A stretch of 20,000 nucleotides of DNA from Dehalococcoidia bacterium. GTDB lineage: Bacteria > Chloroflexota > Dehalococcoidia > Lucifugimonadales > VXLM01. The position numbers and the translations under genes were made by a program. The notes below the pieces were generated by a model. It worked only from the letters and a program-made list of their open reading frames with translations. It ran no database searches and had not been told where the DNA came from. The stretch lies in contig OY759598.1 of the NCBI GenBank assembly GCA_963662435.1, forward strand, positions 3,859,923 to 3,879,922, written 5' to 3'. Every line of letters starts with the position of its first letter. Within the stretch, counting starts at the first letter, position 1. Below, piece by piece: positions 8,434-15,009 of the stretch.

Positions 8434-9804
8434 CTACTGTAGGCCCTCAACTATCCGCCCGACGTTCGTGCGGACCATATCGATGTACGTATCGGCTCCG
8501 CTACCGCTGGGACCGAGGGAGCCTGAGTAGAGACGGACCAGTTCCGCACCCGACTCCTTCGCCACGGCGCTTGCCAACCGCTCGCTGACCGTCGTTTCGC
8601 CGAATACCACCGGAACACCTTCCTCCTTGACTTCCTCCACCAGATCCGCAAGGTCTCCCGCCGATGGCTCAACGTCCGTCGTGGTCGAGAGGACGACACC
8701 TATGATCTCGAATCCGTAAAGGTTGGCGAAATAGCCGTAGCTGTCGTGCGAAGTAACGAGGAGCCTGTCTTCCTCGGGCAGTGTACTCACTTGCTGCTCC
8801 GTCCAGGAGTGCAATTCGTCCAACTTGGCGTTGTACGCCTCCGCGTTGGCGCGGTACATGTCGCCGCGGTCCGGATCGAGCACCGAGAGACGGGCTGCAA
8901 TGTCATTGACTACGATCTTCACGCGAATGGGGTCGAACCAGTAGTGGGGGTCTTCCAGGCCGTGGCCGTGACCTTCGTGCTCGTCCTCACCCTCTTCGGT
9001 AAGACCTTCGATGGCCTCGATAGCGTCTTCGGCTTGCATCTGTCCTGCTTCGACCTTGCCGATGATTTCCTTGACCATTGCGGGCAATTCTTCCTCGCCC
9101 TCATGGCCTTCCTCTTCCTCCTCACCCTCGTGGTCCTCGTCCTCGTTCTCCTCCTCCTCATCCTCGTGGTGCTCTTCCCCTTCAGTCGCTTCGAGAACTT
9201 CCTTTATCTCCTCGAGTCCCTCCATCGCGTCGATCTCGCCTTCTTCCACCTCGTGCACAACATGGCTGATTTCCTCCAGGAGCTCAACCTCATCGGCGTG
9301 GCCTTCGGCGAATTCTATCGGTTCGACGAGCTCACCCGTCTCGACGATGGACTCCGGGTCCGCCGCGGCGTTCTCCAGAAGGTCGTGTAACCACCCTCCC
9401 TCCATGCCAAGTCCGATGCTGAGAACAACGTCGGCGTCGCTAATTCTGGCCACGTCTCTCGCTCCGGGCTGGAAAGTGTGCGGGTCGCTGCCCACCGGCA
9501 GGAGGCTGAACACCTCAACGCCGTCGCCACCCACGTTCTGCACCCAGTCGGCAACGATGTTGGATGTCGTCACGACTTCGATCGGAGGCTGGTCAGCGGG
9601 TGCCGCCGGAGGTGCCGCGGGAGCGGCGGAGGCTGGGGGACTGGTCTGGGATTGTGTGGTCTGTGCCGGCTCGGGGTCGGAGTCGCTCGAACACGCCGCC
9701 ACAGACAGCATGAGGGCGACTCCGACGATAATCATTCCACCGAATGGGTTCCATGTCAGGCGATTAATGGTATTCAGTCTCAATTGTGTATTTCCTTTCT
9801 CCAT
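8434..9804 (-). CDS. Cluster A-I metal (probably Zn) ABC solute-binding lipoprotein with a long His/Glu-rich insert
   Basis: Lipobox VAAC; VVTTSNIVADWV.NVGGD, DPHTFQP, DPHYWFDP, LVTSHDSYGYFA. The true start may be a downstream Met. Confidence 0.95.
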   Translation of the reverse strand: MEKGNTQLRLNTINRLTWNPFGGMIIVGVALMLSVAACSSDSDPEPAQTTQSQTSPPASAAPAAPPAAPADQPPIEVVTTSNIVADWVQNVGGDGVEVFSLLPVGSDPHTFQPGARDVARISDADVVLSIGLGMEGGWLHDLLENAAADPESIVETGELVEPIEFAEGHADEVELLEEISHVVHEVEEGEIDAMEGLEEIKEVLEATEGEEHHEDEEEENEDEDHEGEEEEEGHEGEEELPAMVKEIIGKVEAGQMQAEDAIEAIEGLTEEGEDEHEGHGHGLEDPHYWFDPIRVKIVVNDIAARLSVLDPDRGDMYRANAEAYNAKLDELHSWTEQQVSTLPEEDRLLVTSHDSYGYFANLYGFEIIGVVLSTTTDVEPSAGDLADLVEEVKEEGVPVVFGETTVSERLASAVAKESGAELVRLYSGSLGPSGSGADTYIDMVRTNVGRIVEGLQ

Positions 9805-9885
9805 TCTTAACCTGGGTGCGTAGTGATTTTGAGAGGTCGTGTCGTTAATTTGGGCCCTGCAACCGTGGGGTCGCAGGTTTTGGAA

Positions 9886-9915
9886 ACTCTACCATGTAAT
9901 GAGATTCTATACCAA
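9886..9915 (-). promoter_or_regulatory. Putative promoter of the metal ABC operon in an AT-rich tract
   Basis: TTGGTA-N18-TAGAGT with TG extension (tggTAGAGT); followed on the minus strand by a 9-bp stem CCTGCGACC-CCAC-GGTTGCAGG (9877-9856). Confidence 0.45.
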
Positions 9916-9963
9916 GTGATATTCCCACATTTTAGTATTGTTGAACAGAATCTATGGAGAGTG

Positions 9964-10398
9964 CTACGCGCTAACGCCGGCCAGACAACGGTCGCAGGTG
10001 ACGTAGAACTCCATGCGGTGCCCTACGATCTCGCCGGGGATATCACCTCCGATGGCCCGGAGCAGCCGTTCCACCGTCGCCGCTCGGAACTCACCGACAT
10101 TGCCGCATCTAATGCAGACGGTGTGGTGGTGATGCTCGATGCGGGAGAGGCTGTACATGGGGGCGCCGTCCATCATCGAGAGCTTGCAGATGACTCCGGC
10201 CTTCAGCAGGAGCTTAATTGTCCTGTACACCGTCGCTCGACCGACGGTCGGCAGTTCCTCGCTGATCTCTTCAGCAGTGAAGCCCTCTTCTTTTCGCTCT
10301 AGGAGGTCGATGATTGCCAGTCGCGGGGCAGTAGTCCGGTACCCTTGGTCCTCCAGGACGGCCATCAGGTTGGGACGGGAGTTGAGCGAAACGTTCAT
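9964..10398 (-). CDS. Fur-family metalloregulator, probably Zur-like
   Basis: GYR.T.PR.AI, ATVYRTIKLL, HHHH.VCIRCG, distal CDRC; directly upstream of the Zn-type ABC importer. Confidence 0.92.
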   Translation of the reverse strand: MNVSLNSRPNLMAVLEDQGYRTTAPRLAIIDLLERKEEGFTAEEISEELPTVGRATVYRTIKLLLKAGVICKLSMMDGAPMYSLSRIEHHHHTVCIRCGNVGEFRAATVERLLRAIGGDIPGEIVGHRMEFYVTCDRCLAGVSA

Positions 10399-10422
10399 AG
10401 GCTTGAGGATTGCAACCTTTAG

Positions 10423-10446
10423 GAAATATTCACGAAATATTCACGA
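10423..10446. repeat. 11-bp perfect tandem direct repeat in the leader of the fur-family gene
   Basis: GAAATATTCAC-GAAATATTCAC-GA. Confidence 0.8.
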
Positions 10447-10465
10447 TGAGGCCTACTCCGATTGT

Positions 10466-10495
10466 ACGGTAACAAAACACTTCATGGCGTGTCAA
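10466..10495 (-). promoter_or_regulatory. Putative sigma70-type promoter for the fur-family gene
   Basis: TTGACA-N18-TACCGT with TG extension; an overlapping TACAAT lies at 10466-10461. Confidence 0.5.
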
Positions 10496-10642
10496 TGGCG
10501 CGAACGAAAACCTGAGGGCTGCTTTGCGGTTTCCCATGCCGCGAGTATGGCGCTGATTGCTGGGGAGAACTGAATGGTCGAGGGCGGGCCGCACAAGCAC
10601 AGATTGCCATTCCTCCGACAGCCAAGTAGTTCCGAAAAGTGG

Positions 10643-10810
10643 CTAAAGGCCGACGAAGGTGCCCCACTCCCAGGGATGGAGGCCCTGGTTTCCGCAGAGC
10701 GGACAGCCAACACTCCCGCTCCTGACCATGTATGCGACCATGAAGACGAGGCCGCCTATCGCGAGCTTGCTGGACGTGAACCTTGTCAGAAGTGCATATA
10801 TTTTCTTCAC
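10643..10810 (-). CDS. Unannotated 55-aa small membrane protein with CxxC-x5-H motif
   Basis: GTG start 5-6 nt after SD AGGAGG; MKKIYALLTRFTSSKLAIGGLVFMVAYMVRSGSVGCPLCGNQGLHPWEWGTFVGL*; own promoter upstream; shorter than any ORF in the supplied track. Confidence 0.7.
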   Translation of the reverse strand: MKKIYALLTRFTSSKLAIGGLVFMVAYMVRSGSVGCPLCGNQGLHPWEWGTFVGL

Positions 10811-10843
10811 AATTCCCTCCTGATTAGGTTTTCACCTGATTCC

Positions 10844-10873
10844 ATCGTATTTGAGGACGCTCGACTGTGTCAA
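10844..10873 (-). promoter_or_regulatory. Near-consensus sigma70-type promoter for the 55-aa ORF
   Basis: TTGACA-N18-TACGAT, then a short leader with an AGGT-GAAA-ACCT tetraloop hairpin and AGGAGG. Confidence 0.7.
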
Positions 10874-10939
10874 GTTGGTTCATGTGCACTGCGCGATATT
10901 CCTTCCCTTTCTTGCGAAGGTACTGGACAATATCCAACG

Positions 10940-11356
10940 ATGACGGCCAAGTCCACAAGATTGGGGTGGCTCTCGCCACTCGTTCCGGTCGCCGCCTTGG
11001 GCGACTTGGCGGTCTTCGCTTTCTTCGTCATTGCCGGCAGGGCGGAGCACGGGATAATCCAGGAGGCCGCGTTCTGGCGAACCGCTCTGCCTTTCGCCGC
11101 CGTCTGGTTCGTTCTGTCCCCCTGGCTGGGAGCTTTTCGAATCTCGACCCTGACGAGCGTGAGGACTTCGGCTTGGCGCATCCCGCTGATCTGGCTCCTG
11201 TGCGGCATCATAGCCGTGGTGATGCGCGCGTGGCTCACGGACAGAACGTTTCAGTTGGTCTTCGCACTGGTCGCCATCGGCGTTCAGGGCATCCTGCTTC
11301 TCGGATGGCGTGTCGTCCTCTCCCTGGTGAGTCGAAGGCTCTTCGGCACACCGTAG
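10940..11356 (+). CDS. DUF3054-family membrane protein
   Basis: GD...F...GR..H, TALPF...W and distal GWR motifs; about 4 hydrophobic segments. Start placed at ATG 10940 rather than 10574. Confidence 0.8.
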   Translation: MTAKSTRLGWLSPLVPVAALGDLAVFAFFVIAGRAEHGIIQEAAFWRTALPFAAVWFVLSPWLGAFRISTLTSVRTSAWRIPLIWLLCGIIAVVMRAWLTDRTFQLVFALVAIGVQGILLLGWRVVLSLVSRRLFGTP

Positions 11357-11381
11357 CTATTTTCTTCTGGAGGAACGGGCC

Positions 11382-12737
11382 ATGCCCGAAGTACGAACTC
11401 GCTTTGCTCCCAGTCCCACCGGCGATCCGCACGTAGGCAATATCCGCACCGCTCTGTTTACGTGGCTCTTCGCCCGCAGGCATGGCGGCAAGTTCATCCT
11501 ACGAATAGAAGACACCGACCAGGCCCGTGAGGTGGAGGGATCGGTCGAGTCGATCATGGAGGGCCTGCGGTGGCTCGGCCTCGATTGGGACGAGGGCCCC
11601 GAGGTCGGCGGCGAGTACGGCCCCTACTTCCAGTCGGAACGACTTGAACACTATCAGGGGGCGGCCGACCGGCTGATCGAGTCGAGGCACGCCTACCGCT
11701 TCGAGGACGAGCGTGGTTCAGCCGTGAAATTCGCCATGCCTGCCGAGGGAACGACCGTCGTCTCGGATGTAATCCGGGGTCAAATCGAGTTCGATAACTC
11801 ACTGATAGATGACTTCGTAATCCTGAAGTCTGACGGCTTCCCGACCTACCACCTTGCCAGTGTCGTGGACGATCAGCTCATGCGAATCTCTCACGTCATC
11901 CGTGGGGAAGGTTGGCTATCAAGCGCGCCCCGCCACGTCCTGCTGAACGATGCTCTTGGTTGGCAGGCCCCCGAATTCGTTCACGTGCCGGATATCCTCG
12001 CGAGCGGCGGCGGCAAGCTCAGCAAGCGACACGGAGCCGCATCGGTGAACGAGTACCGACAGATGGGGTACCTGCCCCACGCGCTGGTCAACTTCCTCGC
12101 ACTGCTCGGCTGGTCGTATGACGACAAGACCGAGCTATTCACCGGTGAAGAATTGATCGAGTCCTTTTCGCTCGACCGCGTTTCCAGGTCAGGAGCGATC
12201 TTCAATCTCGAAAAGCTCGACTGGATGAACGGTCACTACATCCGCGAATCGGCCGACGCGGATTTGGCCGACGCGCTCTTGGACTACTGGCGCAGATATC
12301 CTGCTGCCGAGCTTCCACCGGATCCGGATAGAGACCTCCTGATACAGATCGTGCCTCTCATCAAGGAGCGCCTCAAGACGCTGGCCGATGCCGCGGAGCG
12401 CATACCATTCTTTTTCAGTGACGATTTCGACTACGAGCCTAACGAGCTCATACAGCGCAAGATGGACGCTGCGGGCACGCTGCTGGCACTGGAATCGGCC
12501 TCGGTTGCCATCGAGTCGGTCGAACCCTTTGATGCCGCTACGCTCGAAGCAAGATTGAGAGCTCTCGCAGAAGACCTCGATATCAAGGTCGGTCAACTGC
12601 TTGGGACGTTGCGGGTCGCAACAAGCGGGCTGAAAGTCTCTCCACCGCTGTTCGAGTCGCTGGAAATCCTTGGCCGGGACCGAGCAGTCCGCGATCTCAA
12701 TCGTGCCATTCACAAGCTGGATCCAACACCCCAATAG
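11382..12737 (+). CDS. gltX: Glutamate--tRNA ligase
   Basis: RTRFAPSPTG.PHVGN (HIGH), LRIEDTD, PTYHLASVVDD, HVIRGE, KLSKR, C-terminal anticodon domain (LRVA.SG..VSPPLF); SD GGAGG. Confidence 0.96.
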   Translation: MPEVRTRFAPSPTGDPHVGNIRTALFTWLFARRHGGKFILRIEDTDQAREVEGSVESIMEGLRWLGLDWDEGPEVGGEYGPYFQSERLEHYQGAADRLIESRHAYRFEDERGSAVKFAMPAEGTTVVSDVIRGQIEFDNSLIDDFVILKSDGFPTYHLASVVDDQLMRISHVIRGEGWLSSAPRHVLLNDALGWQAPEFVHVPDILASGGGKLSKRHGAASVNEYRQMGYLPHALVNFLALLGWSYDDKTELFTGEELIESFSLDRVSRSGAIFNLEKLDWMNGHYIRESADADLADALLDYWRRYPAAELPPDPDRDLLIQIVPLIKERLKTLADAAERIPFFFSDDFDYEPNELIQRKMDAAGTLLALESASVAIESVEPFDAATLEARLRALAEDLDIKVGQLLGTLRVATSGLKVSPPLFESLEILGRDRAVRDLNRAIHKLDPTPQ

Positions 12738-12827
12738 CCGAAGCGTACATCGCCTTGACACGTCAACCATTCTGGGCGATTCTATCCGCAGCGAGCGCGG
12801 ATAGAAAATGAAGAGGAGAACTTCTCT

Positions 12828-13280
12828 ATGTCCCTTAGCGACCAGCTAACCGACGACCTCAAGCAGGCGATGCGTTCGCGGGACACCCTCCGGCGCGACG
12901 TAATCCGGTACCTCCTGTCCGCCGTTCGCAACCTGGAGATTGAGAAACAGGAAACGGCCGACGACGAGGCCATCACCGGCCTGCTCTGGCGTCAAGCGCG
13001 TCAACGTCGCGACAGCATCGAGGCATATTCTCAAGGCGGACGCGACGACCTCGTTAAGAAGGAAGAGGACGAGCTGGCCATCATAATGGAATACCTGCCC
13101 GCCGAGCTCACCGACATGGAGATCTCGGAGATCGCGACCAAGGCCGTCGACGAGGTGGGAGCCACTAGCCCTCGCGAAATGGGCAAGGTCATGGGACGGA
13201 TAATCCCGCAGGTTGAGGGAAGGGCCGACCTCAAGAAGGTCAGTCAAACGGTCGCCGCGCTGCTCAGGGAACGGTCGTGA
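12828..13280 (+). CDS. GatB/YqeY domain protein
   Basis: MSL..QL..DLKQAMRS.D, RRDSIEAY..GGRDDL..KE..E, EYLP, MGKVMG; SD GAGGAG. Confidence 0.93.
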   Translation: MSLSDQLTDDLKQAMRSRDTLRRDVIRYLLSAVRNLEIEKQETADDEAITGLLWRQARQRRDSIEAYSQGGRDDLVKKEEDELAIIMEYLPAELTDMEISEIATKAVDEVGATSPREMGKVMGRIIPQVEGRADLKKVSQTVAALLRERS

Positions 13281-13347
13281 ATCTCTCTGATTCCAACGTT
13301 CAACACGCGCTCCCAACGGAAGACTCGTCTTGACGACGGCGAACGAC

Positions 13348-14040
13348 ATGCGCTTCGGAGTCGTCGTATTTCCCGGCACGTGGAGCGACACTGACACCCA
13401 CCACGTGCTATCGGAAGTATTTCATCAACAGGTCGAGTACGTCTGGCACAAGGAGACCGACCTTTCGCGCTTCGACTGCGTCATCCTGCCGGGTGGCTTC
13501 TCCTACGGCGACTACCTCCGGTGCGGTGCGATCGCACGATTCTCGCCCGTCATGAAAGCCGTCACCGACTTTGCTGCAGGAGGTGGACTCGTAGCAGGCA
13601 TTTGCAACGGGTTCCAGATTCTCTGTGAGGCGGGCCTTCTTCCGGGCGCGCTGATGCGAAACGATGTCCTGCAGTTCCGCTGCATGTGGGTCAACCTCCG
13701 CTCGGAGACGTCGGAGACCCCGTTCAGCGGTACCTATCCGGTTGGTCAAGTGTTGCAGGTACCCATCTCTCACGGCGAGGGCAGGTACTTCGCCGATCCC
13801 GATACCCTGCGCGAGCTGGAAGAAGAGGGCAGGGTGGTCTTCCGGTATTCGACCGAGGATGGACAGGTGAGCCCTGACTCCAACCCGAACGGTTCGGTCA
13901 ATAACATCGCTGGCATCGTCAACGCTAACGGCAACGTTCTCGGCATGATGCCTCATCCCGAGCGGTGCTGCGAGCAGGTCGTGGGAGGCACCGATGGGGC
14001 GCTCATCTTCAACTCGATAATCGACCATCTCGCCTCGTGA
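13348..14040 (+). CDS. purQ: Phosphoribosylformylglycinamidine synthase glutaminase subunit
   Basis: [57 protein letters not shown] 13348 preferred over TTG 13330. Confidence 0.97.
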   Translation: MRFGVVVFPGTWSDTDTHHVLSEVFHQQVEYVWHKETDLSRFDCVILPGGFSYGDYLRCGAIARFSPVMKAVTDFAAGGGLVAGICNGFQILCEAGLLPGALMRNDVLQFRCMWVNLRSETSETPFSGTYPVGQVLQVPISHGEGRYFADPDTLRELEEEGRVVFRYSTEDGQVSPDSNPNGSVNNIAGIVNANGNVLGMMPHPERCCEQVVGGTDGALIFNSIIDHLAS

Positions 14041-14098
14041 GCCTGTTCTCCTCGTTGCCGATCAGAGCATCCCTTAGTCCGCACCAACGGTCGCACTC

Positions 14099-14518
14099 GT
14101 GCTAGGCATCCTGTTCGCTCTGTGCGCCGCGGTGGGATTCGGGGCCACGGCCTTCTTTGCCAGGCTCAGTGTCCAGCACATGAGGCCGACGTCCGGCGTT
14201 ATCGTTTCACTCGTCGTTGGCGTGATTTGCACTGCGGGACTCGTAGTCGTGATGGACGGAGCCGAGGCGGTCGCGCTCAAGTGGTCCCAGATAGCGCTCC
14301 TGTTCCTTGCCGGACTTGCCAGCTTCGTCGGTGGTCGCCTGCTTAACTTCGTCGCCGTCTCCAAGATCGGCGTCTCCCGGTCGAGTCCGGTTGTGGGAGC
14401 ATCCCCGCTCTTCGCCGTTGTCCTCGCAATCCTCTTGTTGGGCGAAACGCCGAATCTTACGGTCGCCATTGGCACAATCTCCATCATCACCGGCGTCGTG
14501 GTCGTGTTGAGCAAATGA
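14099..14518 (+). CDS. EamA/DMT-family single-domain membrane protein
   Basis: 139 aa, about 5 hydrophobic helices, G.SRS.P....PLFA..LA.LLLGE motif. Confidence 0.85.
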   Translation: MLGILFALCAAVGFGATAFFARLSVQHMRPTSGVIVSLVVGVICTAGLVVVMDGAEAVALKWSQIALLFLAGLASFVGGRLLNFVAVSKIGVSRSSPVVGASPLFAVVLAILLLGETPNLTVAIGTISIITGVVVVLSK

Positions 14519-14985
14519 CGGACCAGATCGAGAACGGAGATGGTCGTCGGACCCTCCAGGGCTACTTGGCCTCGGCTGGCTCCGCGGCCGGGTACGGCTT
14601 TGGCACCTACTTCGCCTACCTGGTGATCCGCGACGGCGTGCCGCCCATGACGGCTACCTTCTTCTCACTCGTATTCGGTCTGCTGCTCATGGCGGTCCTC
14701 TTCCCTCGACCCGCGTTGGTCGACCTGAAGCTGGCCTCACTTCGCGGGTGGATGGTAGTATCAATGTCCGGTCTGGCCTCGGCATTTGGCGTCACGTCGT
14801 TTTACCTGTCACTCGATCGGGTCTCGGTCGTGATTGCATCTCCGGTGGCTGGGGCCAATCCACTCGTGGCAATACTCATGACGCACATCTTCCTGCAACG
14901 CCTGGAAAAGGTCTCCGGCAGGACGGTCATCGGCGCGATTCTGGTCGTGGCGGGTGTGGCGCTCGTCACAGTTGGAACGGCGTAA
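14515..14985 (+). CDS. EamA/DMT-family single-domain membrane protein
   Basis: 156 aa, about 5 helices, VSVVIASPV...NPLVA...FLQRLEKV...GA.LVV.G motif; ATGA overlap with the previous gene. Confidence 0.85.
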   Translation: MTDQIENGDGRRTLQGYLASAGSAAGYGFGTYFAYLVIRDGVPPMTATFFSLVFGLLLMAVLFPRPALVDLKLASLRGWMVVSMSGLASAFGVTSFYLSLDRVSVVIASPVAGANPLVAILMTHIFLQRLEKVSGRTVIGAILVVAGVALVTVGTA

Positions 14986-15009
14986 TTCAATTGGATCGGA
15001 ACTAGCATA

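Noticed and set aside
9011..9823. Ser-rich 270-aa plus-strand ORF
   Set aside because: Antisense reading of the Glu-rich codons of the binding-protein gene.
9895..9955. Canonical Zur/Fur box upstream of the ABC operon
   Set aside because: AT-rich with half-site-like AATGAGATT, but I found no convincing 7-1-7 or 9-1-9 palindrome; needs comparative motif discovery.
10482..10610. Second small ORF MAICACAARP... preceded by GGAGGA
   Set aside because: The SD abuts the ATG with no spacer, the ORF runs into the fur promoter, and the sequence is not protein-like.
10574..10939. N-terminal extension of the DUF3054 ORF in the track
   Set aside because: No family-like sequence before ATG 10940, and it overlaps the better-supported minus-strand small ORF and its promoter.
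12755..12783. TTGAC-AC-GTCAA palindrome / -35 box upstream of yqeY
   Set aside because: Perfect -35, but only a poor -10 (GATTCT) at proper spacing; a 5-bp palindrome is plausible by chance.
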